Positions 35,042 through 46,882 of a DNA stretch of 64,000 nt are shown in pieces; position 1 is the stretch's first letter; every line of letters starts with the position of its first letter. The translations under genes were made by a program, and so were the position numbers. This DNA comes from an uncultured Methanosarcinaceae archaeon (GTDB lineage Archaea > Halobacteriota > Methanosarcinia > Methanosarcinales > Methanosarcinaceae): assembly GCA_963733675.1 (NCBI GenBank), contig CAVTET010000003.1, positions 416,001 through 480,000 of the forward strand. The letters run 5' to 3'. Under the pieces are notes generated by a model, which worked only from the letters and a program-made list of their open reading frames with translations, had not been told where the DNA came from and searched no databases.

Positions 35042-36088
35042 ATGAATTCAGTCACATGCCCGAAATGTGGGATAGAATGTAGTAAACTTTTTAATTTTGT
35101 TTGCAGGGACTGTTTTTTTGAAACCTTCAAACTTATTGAACTGCCACTTATTCTACATGTAAGTATATGCTCAAATTGCGGAGCATATTTTCATAAGAGC
35201 AGGTGGGAAAATATTGGCAAGATAGAGTATGTCCTGCGAAGTGTTGTAGAAAATGTCCTTCTAATCCACATTGAAGCAAAAGATGTGAAGGTATCTCTCG
35301 AACCCAAAGAGATTACGCCTTATGTATACATAGTAAGGGTTGAGGCTGATGCAGTGATCAATGAAGAACTCGTCCATGCAGTGGGTGAAACTGAAGTACG
35401 GATCCAGCGAAAGGCATGCGATATGTGTAGCAGGGAGTCAGGAGGATACTTTGAAGCCATTATCCAGATCAGAGCAGCAGGTAGATTCCCAACTTACGAG
35501 GAAAAAAGGCGTTGTTCTGTCATCTCTAGGGAAGTCATAGAGAGCATGAAGAAAAAAGGGGACCGCCTTGCATTTATAAGTGAAATCCGAGAAATGAAAG
35601 AAGGGCTAGATCTTTATATAGGGTCTATGAATGTTGGTCGGCAGGTCTGTCGCTTAATCACCTCTAAATTGGGTGGCAGCTTTGCCGAATCTCCTACTCT
35701 TATAGGAATGAGAGACGGTAAAAATATTTATAGAATTACTTTTGCAATTCATCTTCCTGAGTTCAGCCCAGGAGATGTGGTCATGTTTACAGGAAAGATT
35801 ATACATATCAAAAGTTCCGGAAAAAAGGTTAATGGAATTTCTCTTGAGGATGGCTCCAGATTCATTTCAACCCCTGAGGAACTGAAAGGTGCAGAAAAAG
35901 TAGCTAATATAGAGGATGCGGTTTTGACAGTACTGGTTTCAATAGAAAAAAATGCAATTCTAGTACTTGATCCTGATAGCTATGAGACTGTGGCTATAAA
36001 GAAACCTTTATCATTCCGTGCTGATGCAGGTAGTGAAATCCCCGTCCTGAAAACTCCTTATGGAATCTTTGCTCTGATACGTTCATAG
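35042..36088 (+). CDS. NMD3-family ribosome biogenesis protein
   Basis: CPKCG..C..C, CSNCG, C.MCSRESGGYFEAIIQIR. Confidence 0.92.
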   Translation: MNSVTCPKCGIECSKLFNFVCRDCFFETFKLIELPLILHVSICSNCGAYFHKSRWENIGKIEYVLRSVVENVLLIHIEAKDVKVSLEPKEITPYVYIVRVEADAVINEELVHAVGETEVRIQRKACDMCSRESGGYFEAIIQIRAAGRFPTYEEKRRCSVISREVIESMKKKGDRLAFISEIREMKEGLDLYIGSMNVGRQVCRLITSKLGGSFAESPTLIGMRDGKNIYRITFAIHLPEFSPGDVVMFTGKIIHIKSSGKKVNGISLEDGSRFISTPEELKGAEKVANIEDAVLTVLVSIEKNAILVLDPDSYETVAIKKPLSFRADAGSEIPVLKTPYGIFALIRS

Positions 36089-36123
36089 ATTCTAGCAAAC
36101 AAAATTGAAACAGTAGAGGATGA

Positions 36124-37302
36124 ATGCAGAATATTCTTGTAATCGGATTTAGTACCCGAAATATTGTATGCTCTGCGAGGAGAGCAGGCTATAATGTTTA
36201 TTCTATCGATGCATTTCGTGATCATGACCTGCAAAAATGTGCAAATGGTTCGGCTTTTCTTGAATTCAGAACTGCAAAAAAATTGCAGCAACTTGATTTT
36301 TCTAAGATAAAGGTTAAAATGGATTCATTTGAGCTGAAGTTTGATGCCATTGTACCGGGTTCGGGTATGGGAATGGTTGATTACAATAGTTTTCCCTGCC
36401 CCTTTCTTGCCAGCTCTCCAGATGCCTTGCAGAAAGCTTCAGATAAGCTGTACCTTTCCAAAAGGCTTGATGCCCTTGGTATCTCTCACCCTCATTGCTA
36501 TTCTCCTGAAGAATTAGATACAATCGAATGTCCAGTCATAATTAAACCCGCCTTAGGTGGGGGAGGAACCCTCAATAGGATTGCCAAGAGCAGACAGGAG
36601 ATTCTATCTATACTCGATGAGTTATTCGGTTTGAATCCGGAACTCACTGATCAGACAGTCATTATTCAAGATTTTGTGGAAGGTATTCCTACAAGTGTCT
36701 CTTTGCTTTCCACAAAGAATGAAGCTCTTTCAGTAGCTGTTAATGAACAGCTAATAGGTATATCTTGGCTTTCGAGGCTTCCCTTTGCCTATTGTGGGAA
36801 TATAACTCCTTTTAGGACTGAGCAAGCAGAAGAAATGGAAGCACTTGCTGAAGATCTGGTTCTCCGATTTAAGCTACTGGGCTCAAATGGAGTGGACTTT
36901 ATGTTCACGGAAAATGGGCCTGTAGTGCTTGAGATAAACCCAAGATTCCAGGGAAGTCTCGATACTGTTGAGAAGGTAATGGATATTAATCTCTTTGGAG
37001 CTCACGTTGACTGCTTCAGGGGAGATCTCCCAGACAAACCGAATGCGAAATGTTTTGCTGCAAGAGGGATTTTTTTCTCAGATCGGGAACTTTTTATAGA
37101 TCGAGAGCTCATGGACATCATTATTAAGGAAAAATGCGCAGACATCCCTCCCCAAGGAACTGTTGTAAAGCCTGAATGGCCTCTCACTTCCCTGTTTTCA
37201 TGCACCTCTACTAGGGAAGATGCAGTCCTGTCCCTTGAAAGGGGGGCAAAAAGGATAGATACTTTTATTGAAAATCAAACGAAATATAGAGGCAATAACT
37301 GA
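36124..37302 (+). CDS. ATP-grasp family ligase (methanogen, possibly cofactor biosynthesis)
   Basis: IDAF.D.DL, IIKP..GGGG, QDFVEG, FAYCGNITP, GSNGVDF, LEINPRFQGS. Confidence 0.85.
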   Translation: MQNILVIGFSTRNIVCSARRAGYNVYSIDAFRDHDLQKCANGSAFLEFRTAKKLQQLDFSKIKVKMDSFELKFDAIVPGSGMGMVDYNSFPCPFLASSPDALQKASDKLYLSKRLDALGISHPHCYSPEELDTIECPVIIKPALGGGGTLNRIAKSRQEILSILDELFGLNPELTDQTVIIQDFVEGIPTSVSLLSTKNEALSVAVNEQLIGISWLSRLPFAYCGNITPFRTEQAEEMEALAEDLVLRFKLLGSNGVDFMFTENGPVVLEINPRFQGSLDTVEKVMDINLFGAHVDCFRGDLPDKPNAKCFAARGIFFSDRELFIDRELMDIIIKEKCADIPPQGTVVKPEWPLTSLFSCTSTREDAVLSLERGAKRIDTFIENQTKYRGNN

Positions 37303-37425
37303 GCCTTGTTGGAAGAATGTAAAATTCAATCTTTCTGAAGTTTTAATTTTCCGGACCATGTAAGTTTCTGGAAAGCGAAATACAAACTTTAATACAGATG
37401 TGTGCAATTCATATAGGGATTTAAG

Positions 37426-37929
37426 GTGAATACGTTGGTCGAATTTAATGACAAGGTAATTAGCGGATACCTCACGAGCCTTGTAGGGGAAGAGGGGCTC
37501 AAAATGATAGGAGATATGCCCGAAGGCGATGTTACGGATGAAGAGATCGCGGCAAAGAGTGAAGTTCTGCTGAACACTGTAAGAAGAACTCTTTTTATAC
37601 TTTACGAAAATAAATTCGCGATCTGCCGTAGGGAGAGAGATTCAAACAGCGGATGGTTGACATATCTCTGGCATCTGGACTTTTCTGACATAGAGCATCA
37701 GCTTATGAGGGAAAAGAAAAAACTTCTTAGAAATTTAAAGGTCCGCTTCGAATTTGAGGAAAACAATGTTTTCTATATGTGCCCTCAAGGTTGTGCTCGC
37801 CTTCTTTTTAACGAAGCTACAGAAACTGAATTTCTCTGCCCTATGTGTGGAGAAGACCTGGCTTACTATGACAACTCTCTTTTTGTAGGAGTCCTGAAGA
37901 AACGCGTAGACGACCTTAGTTCGACATAG
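37426..37929 (+). CDS. tfe: Transcription factor E alpha
   Basis: TDEEIA....LN.VRR.L..LYE, SGWLTYLW, FYMC...F.EA....F.CP.CG. Confidence 0.95.
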   Translation: MNTLVEFNDKVISGYLTSLVGEEGLKMIGDMPEGDVTDEEIAAKSEVLLNTVRRTLFILYENKFAICRRERDSNSGWLTYLWHLDFSDIEHQLMREKKKLLRNLKVRFEFEENNVFYMCPQGCARLLFNEATETEFLCPMCGEDLAYYDNSLFVGVLKKRVDDLSST

Positions 37930-37939
37930 GAGATCTGTC

Positions 37940-38452
37940 TTGATCACTAGAGCAGAAGCTATAAAATTGCTCGAAGAAACAGGATGTGCTTCTAATGTTA
38001 TCGAGCACTGTGAAGAAGTTGCCTCTCTCGCATATGAGATTGCAGATAAAGTAAAGGCAAAAGGACATGAAATAAACCCTGAGCTAGCCTATTTAGGGGC
38101 TTTGCTACACGATTTTGGGAGATGTTATACTCACGAAATCTCTCATGCTGTAGAAGGTTTCGAGCTGGCTAAAGCCAGAGGAATAGATTCAGAAGTTTCC
38201 GAAATAATCAAAAGGCATATTGGAGCGGGAATATCTAAAGAAGAGGCAAGGCATTTAGGGCTTCCGGAGGATGATTATTTCCCACGCAGCCTTGAAGAAA
38301 AAATCGTTGCCCATGCAGATAATCTCGTTAAGGGAACTAAGAGGATTACCATAGAGGAGAGAATGGCACTAATGCGTAGAAACAAAGCATCAAAGAAAGT
38401 GATTAAGAGGGTTAAAAAACTCGCGGAAGAAGTAGATGGACTTTATAACTAA
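37940..38452 (+). CDS. HDIG-domain metal-dependent hydrolase (TIGR00295-like)
   Basis: EHC..VA, GALLHDFGR, RHIGAGI, EEKIVAHADN. Confidence 0.9.
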   Translation: MITRAEAIKLLEETGCASNVIEHCEEVASLAYEIADKVKAKGHEINPELAYLGALLHDFGRCYTHEISHAVEGFELAKARGIDSEVSEIIKRHIGAGISKEEARHLGLPEDDYFPRSLEEKIVAHADNLVKGTKRITIEERMALMRRNKASKKVIKRVKKLAEEVDGLYN

Positions 38453-38563
38453 ATTCTGGATCTTTTAGGTAATATGGAAAGATGGATACTTGAATTAAAA
38501 AGAAACGAATGTTGTTCCAAATCTTCTTTTTAATTAAACTGCAAACGCATTTAGTAAAACAAA

Positions 38564-38584
38564 GGCGGAAAACTTATATATAGC
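38564..38584 (+). promoter_or_regulatory. Candidate BRE/TATA promoter of psmB
   Basis: GGCGGAAAACTTATATATAG upstream of psmB. Confidence 0.45.
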
Positions 38585-38698
38585 AATATTAATAATGGGA
38601 TAATGGATTGCTAAATTTTGTGATTTAAGCTAAAAATTCTCACCTCACTAAAACATTTTTTAGCGACATTTTCTCATTTTTTAACTTATTATGAGGGT

Positions 38699-39337
38699 AT
38701 GTTTATGGATAATAATGAATATTTAAAGGGCACAACTACCGTAGGAGTAGTTTGTACAGACGGTATAGTCCTCGCAAGCGAACAGAGAGCCACAATGGGG
38801 AATTTCATCGCAAGTAAAACCGCAAAGAAGGTTTATCAGATCGATGACCTTGTAGGAATGACAACTGCTGGTTCTGTAGGGGATGCCCAGCAACTTGTGC
38901 GGCTCGTAAATGTGGAATCACAACTCTACAAGATGCGCAGGAATGAATCCATGACAATCAAAGGAATTGCAACTCTAATGGCAAATTTCTTAAATGCCAA
39001 CCGTTACTACCCTATGATGGTCCAACTTCTGATAGGTGGAGTTGACAAACACGGCCCTGGTATTTACTCACTGGATCCTCTTGGCGGAAGCATCGAAGAA
39101 ACAAGGGTCTCAGCTACTGGTTCTGGTTCTCCCATGGCATATGGAATACTTGAAGATCAGTATAGGGAAGATATGACTGTTAAGGAGGGCCTTAATCTAA
39201 CTATCCGGGCTATCCATAATGCAACTAAAAGGGATTCAGCGTCGGGAGAAAATATTGATGTAGTGGTAATTACGAAGGAGACATTCAAAAGGCTGGATCC
39301 CGAAGAAGTAAAATCCATAAGAGCTTCGTTAAACTAA
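38699..39337 (+). CDS. psmB: Proteasome subunit beta
   Basis: Propeptide followed by GTTTVG, GSGS, RDSASG. Confidence 0.97.
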   Translation: MFMDNNEYLKGTTTVGVVCTDGIVLASEQRATMGNFIASKTAKKVYQIDDLVGMTTAGSVGDAQQLVRLVNVESQLYKMRRNESMTIKGIATLMANFLNANRYYPMMVQLLIGGVDKHGPGIYSLDPLGGSIEETRVSATGSGSPMAYGILEDQYREDMTVKEGLNLTIRAIHNATKRDSASGENIDVVVITKETFKRLDPEEVKSIRASLN

Positions 39338-39446
39338 ATAATTTAAATTGTTGGTTTTTTTATTAAGATTAAACTAACATCTTTTTCAACCTATTATTTT
39401 TTCAATATATACTTTTCCATTTTTTTGACAAAAAGGAAGATTCTTA

Positions 39447-41360
39447 ATGCCTATTGAAGACGTGCTATTAGACCTCAAGCATAAAATTGAGAAAAATCTA
39501 CCCGAAGGAGTTACAATTACAGACGTCGAATTTGAAGGGCCTCAACTTGTGTTATACACTGAAGAGCCCCGTAAATTCGCAGATGACGGGAACATTATCC
39601 GTAATCTAGCAAAAGAACTCAGAACGCGTATTGCCATGCGTCCAGATCCAAGAGTTCTTGCAACTCCTGAAGACTCTATTTCTATAATCGAAGACGTTGT
39701 TCCTAAAGAATCAGGGATCTCGAGCTACTATTTTGACCCTGACTCCGGCGAAGTTATCGTTGAAGCTGAAAAGCCTGGCCTTGTCATAGGAAAACATGGA
39801 GCAACCCTAAGGGACATCACAAAACAAATTGGCTGGATTCCAAAAGTTGTTCGGACCCCTCCCATCAAATCCCGTACAGTAAAAAATATTCGTGAGTTCA
39901 TGAGGAACAATCTTAAGGAAAGAAAAGAAATCCTTAAATCTGTGGGGAGAAAAATTCATAAAGAGTGCACATCAAAAGATCAATGGGTGAGGATCACATC
40001 TCTTGGGGGGTGCAAAGAAGTTGGAAGGAGTTGTTTTCTACTCTCTACCCCTGAGTCAAGAATTATGATTGACTGCGGAGTCAATATAGGCTCGGACGAA
40101 AACATGACTCCTTATCTCTATGTTCCTGAAGTTTTTCCCTTGAATCAGATAGATGCCGTAGTAGTTACTCATGCTCATCTGGATCATCAGGGGCTTATTC
40201 CTCTGCTTTTCAAATATGGATATGAAGGACCTATATATTGCACACCTCCGACAAGGGACCTGATGGTATTGTTACAGCTCGATTATATTGATGTGGCGGC
40301 AAAAGAGGGAAAAAAGATTCCTTACGAGTCTGGGATGGTAGCAAAAACCCTAAAGCATACAATTCCTCTGGACTATGAGGAAGTAACAGATATTGCTCCA
40401 GATATCAAATTGACTTTTCATAATGCAGGTCATATCTTAGGTTCTGCAATTTCCCATTTCCATATCGGAGACGGGCTTCATAATGTAGTTATTACTGGTG
40501 ACTACAAGTATGAGAAAACCAGGCTTTTCGACCCTGCTGTTAATAGGTTCCCTCGAGTTGAAACAGTTATCAGTGAAGCTACTTATGGGAATTCGAACGC
40601 ATTTCAGCCTGCACTTAAGGACGCAGAAAGGCACTTGCAGATGGTAGTCAAGAATACCGTGGAACGAGGGGGAATTGCCCTCATTCCAGCTTTTTCTGTG
40701 GGTAGAAGCCAGGAGGTAATGATAGTACTCGAGGAGTCAATAAAGAAAGGTTTGATCCCTGAAGTGCCGGTCTACCTTGATGGCATGATCTGGGAGGCTA
40801 CAGCAATCCACGCGACACATCCCGAGTACCTAAACAATGATTTGAGGAAGTTGATTTTCCAGAAAGGTCAAAATCCCTTCCTATCCGATTGTTTTAAGCC
40901 CGTTGACTCTCATGAGGCACGTCAGAAGATAATCCAGAACCCACATTCTTGTGTAATTCTTTCAACCTCAGGCATGATGAATGGAGGACCTGTTATGGAC
41001 TATTTCAGAAACTTCGCCGAAGATCCACATAATACTCTTGTATTTGTAGGGTATCAGGCGGATGGGACAATCGGACGCAGGATCCAGAAAGGATGGAAGG
41101 AGATCCCGATGACAGGAAAGAACGGGAGTACTGAGATTCTGAAAATGAACATGGAAGTTCAGGTAGTAGACGGCTTCTCTGGTCACTCAGACAGAGCGCA
41201 ACTTATGGATTACGTCAAAAGGATGCAGCCACGTCCTGAAAGAGTATTTACCGAACATGGGGATGAAAAGGCTTGTGTTGACCTTGCAAGTTCGATTTAC
41301 AAGAAACTCAAGATTGAAACTCGGGCTCTCACAAATCTGGAGACCGTACGGTTACTGTGA
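39447..41360 (+). CDS. fttA: Beta-CASP ribonuclease aCPSF1 / transcription termination factor FttA
   Basis: N-terminal KH domains, HAHLDH, AGHILGS, FSGHSDR; conserved synteny with psmB. Confidence 0.96.
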   Translation: MPIEDVLLDLKHKIEKNLPEGVTITDVEFEGPQLVLYTEEPRKFADDGNIIRNLAKELRTRIAMRPDPRVLATPEDSISIIEDVVPKESGISSYYFDPDSGEVIVEAEKPGLVIGKHGATLRDITKQIGWIPKVVRTPPIKSRTVKNIREFMRNNLKERKEILKSVGRKIHKECTSKDQWVRITSLGGCKEVGRSCFLLSTPESRIMIDCGVNIGSDENMTPYLYVPEVFPLNQIDAVVVTHAHLDHQGLIPLLFKYGYEGPIYCTPPTRDLMVLLQLDYIDVAAKEGKKIPYESGMVAKTLKHTIPLDYEEVTDIAPDIKLTFHNAGHILGSAISHFHIGDGLHNVVITGDYKYEKTRLFDPAVNRFPRVETVISEATYGNSNAFQPALKDAERHLQMVVKNTVERGGIALIPAFSVGRSQEVMIVLEESIKKGLIPEVPVYLDGMIWEATAIHATHPEYLNNDLRKLIFQKGQNPFLSDCFKPVDSHEARQKIIQNPHSCVILSTSGMMNGGPVMDYFRNFAEDPHNTLVFVGYQADGTIGRRIQKGWKEIPMTGKNGSTEILKMNMEVQVVDGFSGHSDRAQLMDYVKRMQPRPERVFTEHGDEKACVDLASSIYKKLKIETRALTNLETVRLL

Positions 41361-42102
41361 CTACCTAAGGCCTTCAAAATCGTTTTTTTGAAGAAAAAAT
41401 CTCCTTATTTTCATGTCCTAAAAGTAGATTCAAGATCTAGGAGGTATTCTATCAATTTTTTGTCGCTAGCTACTACAAGATTTACTCTACCAAGCTGTAA
41501 AGGCTCTAGTATGTAGGAACTCTTATGAATAAATTTCAGCTTTTTTGTAGTCTCTAACCGAAATGACATTTTCAATGATTATATAATTTTTTCATCTGAC
41601 TTTTAGAAGCTCTAGTGCTTTTGTAAAAGGATATGTACAAGGTTTTGAGTTTGTAACTTCCTCTCCTTTGTTCACAGTGTCAAATGTTCCTGGTAAAAGT
41701 TGATTGACGGTACTGTGAAAAATACAAACTTCTTAACCAGATACTACCAAAGGTAGGAGATGTTTTTAAGCAGTTCAAAACATTCAATAAGTTCCTCAAA
41801 AGCCTTAAATTTGAAAATTAATTTACATTATTTCATTTCGATCAATGTAATTTTTTGCAAAATCATATGCATCAGCTCTTTTCTGGATTTTAAGATCTAA
41901 AGAGGAAGACCACTATTAGGATTTTTAACTCTCGATTGCTTAAATGTCCTCATCCTTGATTTCTGTATCCATATCAATTTTTTTTTTGAGGTTATTGCAT
42001 AAGAGCATAGAATCGAGGAGAAAACTATCCGCATAAAGAATTAATTTTTTAATACATTTCTAGCTCCAAAATTAAGAACTAAGTGATTTTTGGTCTTTTT
42101 AT

Positions 42103-42723
42103 TTCAGTCGAATACCCCGCAGCTTGCTGCGGGGATGGAAAACTTCCCCGATAACCGTTGTTAAATAATAAATTTATATTTTTTGCTACATTTGTACTGT
42201 AAATGGAACTAAGACGTGCAAACCATTGTGTATATAAAATAAGATATCACATGGTTTTTTGTTTGAAGTACCGTAAAAATCTTTTTTTAGGGACAGAACT
42301 CATCAACTTTTTAAAAAACTTATGCTTTGAAATTAGTGAAAGATACCGTTTTGAGTTTGATGCAATTGGTAGTGATGGTGATCATGTACTCTTTTTGCTG
42401 GAGCTGAACCAAAGTATTCTCCTTCAAAAGTCATGCAAATTATAAAAAGTATTATAGCAAGACAAATTTTTAAACAATACCCTGAAATCAAAAAACAGCT
42501 TTAGGGTGGTGAACTGTGGATTGATGGAGATTACATTGGAACTATAGAAGATGGAACAACTTCAGAAGTTATCAAAAACTATGTTGAAAATCAGGGAAAC
42601 AGGGAAGAAAAAGGAGCATATCAGCAAATGAACATACTCGATTTTTAATAGGCATTACAACCAGAGCGGTGGCGCGAACATACCCAGTTGCTTGCAGCGG
42701 GGTGCGCCAGCACAACTTTGATT
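42103..42723 (+). mobile_element. tnpA: IS200/IS605-family element with an inactivated tnpA (42203-42648)
   Basis: Terminal hairpins CCCCGCAGC-TT-GCTGCGGGG (42115-42134) and ACCCAGTTGC-TT-GCAGCGGGGT (42682-42703); YH.VF..KYR; frameshift at the HUH (DHV) motif; TAG in place of Trp in LWGG; KNYVENQG. Confidence 0.9.
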
Positions 42724-42789
42724 AGTTACTGAAAATCATGGATGTAGGATTCTCTACATTTTCCTTAAACTCAGTAATATCTTCTTTTT

Positions 42790-43410
42790 TTAGAATTGAT
42801 CAATAATTAATGACATTGAAAACAAAAGGAGTATTTTAAGTAGCAGAAGTTATCTTTGAAATCAAAGAAAAATGAACAATAAAAGAAAAAGATGGTAGAA
42901 TGCAAAGATTAGGTGGAAATATTTGGGCAGAGTTCCCGTAGAAAAAAATTAGAGTCATGTCGGCATGAACTTCAATTTATTAAATAGGCAATCTCTAGAA
43001 TTATCCTTTAGGAGATAAGCTTGCCTAATGACTTGAAGTTGTTCCGGAAGTATACCAATTAGCAGATAGATCTTACAATGTGAGCATCACAAAGAGAGAA
43101 TCAAAAGTAGCAAGGTTTGTTCTGATACAGATTACTCGTGGCATCAAGAAAGAAAAGTAGCAAATTTAATTTTTTTTAAAACAAAGTAAATCTCAATTGA
43201 ACATGTAAAAGCAATTATTGATTTAGGAAGGAAAGTGTCACACTTATATTGCATCTGGTTACAGATGATGAGATCAACGAAGATGAAATAGGAATTGAAA
43301 GGAAGGAATTAAAAAAAGGAAGATTGTTAAAACAGGTAATTTCCGGTTGATGAACATTTAAAAATAATTAGTGGAATAATTATAATTTGGGGAAATAGGA
43401 AGTTAAGAGT
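42790..43410 (+). mobile_element. Decayed IS110-family transposase (C-terminal part)
   Basis: Fragments L.VVP.VYQ.AD...ITKR.SKVAR..LIQ...KAII.L.RK...HL.T.DE..EDE.G. Confidence 0.65.
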
Positions 43411-44066
43411 GTATATGGTGAAGATAATCTCATGTATTTTGTTCTAAATTGAGTAAGCGCCTCGAAATTTCAGGATAATACCAAAATGTTTTTAAGAGGA
43501 GAATTCTAGTTAAAAGTAATAATATAAACAGTATCATTAAATAACATAAAGTTCAACTCAAAAGTCATTATGAAAGTGTATTACATTGATCATATTACTC
43601 AATACTTTAATGTGATCATGGCATCAAGCGTAAATAGAAACCAAAATCTAAATGTTGCCCTGACTCAAATAATTAGCAGAGCTTTATTGAAAAATAAGGT
43701 CTTTATGAATATAATGATGCAACGGTTATATTAAATATATCCTTACTGTATATAAAAGTTATGACACTTATCATCTTTCCTGTTTGATACCTAGTGATAA
43801 ACAAAGGAAAAAAGTCGATATATGAGATTTATGGGTGCCATATTTAAACTTGATATATACTTTAAAAACACTGTTTAAATATGTCCGAAATGTTTAAGTT
43901 CAGAAGAGTACCAACTTATTAAAGATAACGGATAAAAAAATTTGTTAAGTTTACTGGTTATCTCTCAATTCTGCTTAAAAGCAATAACAGGTATGTACCC
44001 CCTATTTTAAGGGTGGGAAGTCAAAATAGCATATCTATTAGACACAAATTCAGTTGAGGGGATTGA

Positions 44067-45248
44067 TTGCAATCTATAGTACAGGAAGCAATGAAATTCA
44101 GTGAAAAAGAGAAGGAATATCGAAAAAATTCCTCTTCAGATGATGAATTTGATGAATTTGGGCAACCGAGAATCATGATTATCGGATGCGGGGGTGCTGG
44201 GAATAATACTGTAAACCGGCTCTATAATATCGGAATTGAAGGTGCTGAAACGATTTGTATCAATACGGATAAGCAGCACCTTGATAATGTCAGAGCTGAT
44301 AAGAAGATCCTGGTGGGAAAAACACTTACTAGGGGATTGGGAGCCGGTGGTTATCCAGAGACTGGAAAAAAAGCTGCTGAACTTGCAAGAGGCACCCTTG
44401 AAGAAGTATTAAAGGATGTAGATCTAGTTTTCATCACTGCAGGTCTTGGTGGAGGTACAGGAACAGGTGTTGCTCCTGTGGTTGCAGAGGTGGCAAAAGA
44501 ACAGGGAGCAATTGTCGTAGGAATGGTATCTAGCCCTTTCAGAGTAGAAAGGGCTCGCATCTTCAAGGCCGAAGAAGGCCTTGAAGATCTTCGCAGGGCA
44601 GCTGATACTGTAATTGTACTGGACAACAACAGGTTACTTAACTACGTACCCAACCTTCCTATTGAACAGGCTTTTTCTGTAATGGATCAGCTAATTGCCG
44701 AAACAGTAAAAGGAATCACAGAGACAATAACAGTGCCTTCTCTAATAAACCTTGACTATGCAGACATCAGAACTATTATGAGCTGTGGTGGGGTTGCAGT
44801 AATGCTCGTAGGCGAGTCAAAAAGCCAGGACAAGAGCACTGAAGTAGTGCGCACTGCTCTAAATCACCCCCTTCTTGATGTTGATTACAAGGGTGCAACT
44901 GGAAGCTTGATCCATGTAACTGGTGGGTCTGACCTTAGCCTGAAGGAAGCTGAAGAAATTGCTTCCATGCTTACCTATGAACTTTCCCCAAATGCCAATG
45001 TTATTTGGGGTGCAAGGATAAGGGAAGGCTATGAAGGCAAAGTGAGAGTAATGGCAATTATGACAGGTGTCCAGTCTGCTCAGATATTAGGTCCTCAAGC
45101 AGTATCAGGAATCCTGGAGTCCAGATCCGAAACTGATCCCATTCATGGAAGAAGATTCGGAAAAATGATGCATGCCGGTCAAAAAGGAGATACTTCAGGG
45201 CCCTCCAGAAAAAAGGATGATGAATCAATCATTGACTTTATAAATTAA
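44067..45248 (+). CDS. ftsZ: Cell division protein FtsZ (FtsZ2-type)
   Basis: [40 protein letters not shown]; TTG start after GAGGG. Confidence 0.96.
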   Translation: MQSIVQEAMKFSEKEKEYRKNSSSDDEFDEFGQPRIMIIGCGGAGNNTVNRLYNIGIEGAETICINTDKQHLDNVRADKKILVGKTLTRGLGAGGYPETGKKAAELARGTLEEVLKDVDLVFITAGLGGGTGTGVAPVVAEVAKEQGAIVVGMVSSPFRVERARIFKAEEGLEDLRRAADTVIVLDNNRLLNYVPNLPIEQAFSVMDQLIAETVKGITETITVPSLINLDYADIRTIMSCGGVAVMLVGESKSQDKSTEVVRTALNHPLLDVDYKGATGSLIHVTGGSDLSLKEAEEIASMLTYELSPNANVIWGARIREGYEGKVRVMAIMTGVQSAQILGPQAVSGILESRSETDPIHGRRFGKMMHAGQKGDTSGPSRKKDDESIIDFIN

Positions 45249-45367
45249 TCAAGCCGAAGGCAAAAGTCCGGACCATCAACGCTGAAAATTCGGGCTTTCT
45301 ACTAGATATTTTTTGCGAATCTTTTTCTAACAGATACTCTTTTTAATAAGTGGTTCTATCTGAAAGT

Positions 45368-46849
45368 ATGAAAATTTTGATTCCAACAGGGCAGCTTGCT
45401 GAAAATATCGTCAGGAAATCAGTTGGAAAAAAAGCCGATGTTCTAGTGGTAGATATTGACATTGCTGCCTTCATTAATCCTAAAAGACTTATCAAAGCAT
45501 TTCAAGAAGCAAAAATCCCAAAAAATTACGATCTTATTCTTCTTCCAGGGCTTGTAGCGGGAGATTTTTCAGAAGCTTCTGAAAAATTGGGATGTAAAAT
45601 ACGGCTTGGACCAAAGCAAGCCTATGATCTTGGTTTCGTCTTGCAGTTTGTTGAAAAGATAGAGTTTTCCAAAACAATTCCAGCCTGTGAGTTCCTTATC
45701 GACGTTAGAAAGGAAAAGGCTTTAGAGCTCATAAGGCAAACCGAAAAAAAAGCTCTTTCACCCCTTACGCTGATGGGACTAAAAATTGGAGGAAGAGCCT
45801 GCATGAAAATTATGGCTGAGATTGTAGGGGCTATGGAGTTGGATACCCACATACTTCAGATAAGAATCGAAGCCTTTATCGCCCGTGGGGCAGATATTAT
45901 CGACTTAGGGACCACACTTAATACTCTGCCTGGGCAGGTTCGAAAAGTCGTATCCTTTGTAAAAGCCATTACCAACGTCCCAGTAAGCATCGATACTCTT
46001 GACCCTGAGTTGATAACTGAAGGAGTTGAAGCAGGAGCAGACATTGTCCTTAGCTTGAACAGCATAAATATGGGAATTGCAGGTCCTCTTGTTGCAAGAA
46101 CAGGGACTGCAGCCGTGATAATCCCTGATGAGGGCAATAGTCTTGAAAGCCTTATCAGAAATATAGAAGCTGCCAGTAGGCTTGGAATTAAGAAAATTAT
46201 AGCTGATCCTGTCCTTGACTCTGTGGGTCATAATATAACTGAATCCATTGTTCGTTATTATGAGTTTCACAGGATATATCCCCAAATACCTGTATTTCTT
46301 GGAGTTGGCAATGCTGTGGAACTTCTGGATGTTGATACCATAGGAGTTAATGCTACATTATGTGGGATAGGAGCAGAAGTAGGAGCAAGTATTCTTTTTA
46401 CCCCCGAATTCAGTAACAAGGCGCAGGGTTCCATCCGGGAACTTAAAAGAGCTTCCCATATGATGCAGCTTTCCAGTATAAGGGGAAGTTCTCCTAAAGA
46501 TCTTGGGCTTGACTTGCTCTGCATTAAGGAAAAACGCCGTCGTCCTGACTTCTCCATCCCGGAAAATGCAATCCTAGCCAGAGCTTCTAAAAACTGGCAT
46601 TTAGATCCGGCAGGTCCTATCCGCATTTGGATAGTACAGGATAGCATAAGTGGAAATGGTGGAGTAATCGTAGCTGAGCATGAAAAAGCCTCAGTAGTAG
46701 GAAAAAATGCCAAAGAAGTTATTGATACACTGTTTGAGCTAGAAATAGTCTCCTGTTTGGATCATGCAGCGTATCTGGGAAGAGAATTAGAAAAAGCCGA
46801 ACTTGCCCTGTACTTTAACAGAAGTTATGCTCAAGATGATGTATTCTGA
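45368..46849 (+). CDS. Dihydropteroate synthase-related protein (methanopterin pathway, with DUF4346-like C-terminus)
   Basis: GADIIDLG, PVSIDTL, ADPVLD, PKDLG.DLL..KEKR, DPAG, HAAYLGREL.KAE.AL...RSY.QD. Confidence 0.85.
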   Translation: MKILIPTGQLAENIVRKSVGKKADVLVVDIDIAAFINPKRLIKAFQEAKIPKNYDLILLPGLVAGDFSEASEKLGCKIRLGPKQAYDLGFVLQFVEKIEFSKTIPACEFLIDVRKEKALELIRQTEKKALSPLTLMGLKIGGRACMKIMAEIVGAMELDTHILQIRIEAFIARGADIIDLGTTLNTLPGQVRKVVSFVKAITNVPVSIDTLDPELITEGVEAGADIVLSLNSINMGIAGPLVARTGTAAVIIPDEGNSLESLIRNIEAASRLGIKKIIADPVLDSVGHNITESIVRYYEFHRIYPQIPVFLGVGNAVELLDVDTIGVNATLCGIGAEVGASILFTPEFSNKAQGSIRELKRASHMMQLSSIRGSSPKDLGLDLLCIKEKRRRPDFSIPENAILARASKNWHLDPAGPIRIWIVQDSISGNGGVIVAEHEKASVVGKNAKEVIDTLFELEIVSCLDHAAYLGRELEKAELALYFNRSYAQDDVF

Positions 46850-46882
46850 GAGAAACGCAGACAAAATGAGGGACGTGAGAGA

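Noticed and set aside
42502-42504. In-frame TAG in IS200 tnpA as pyrrolysine
   Set aside because: It is TGG>TAG in the conserved LWGG, and the HUH motif is already broken by a frameshift.
43420-44066. Expected cdrS (ribbon-helix-helix) gene upstream of ftsZ2
   Set aside because: No such ORF seen, and I cannot establish from sequence alone whether its absence is unusual in this genus.
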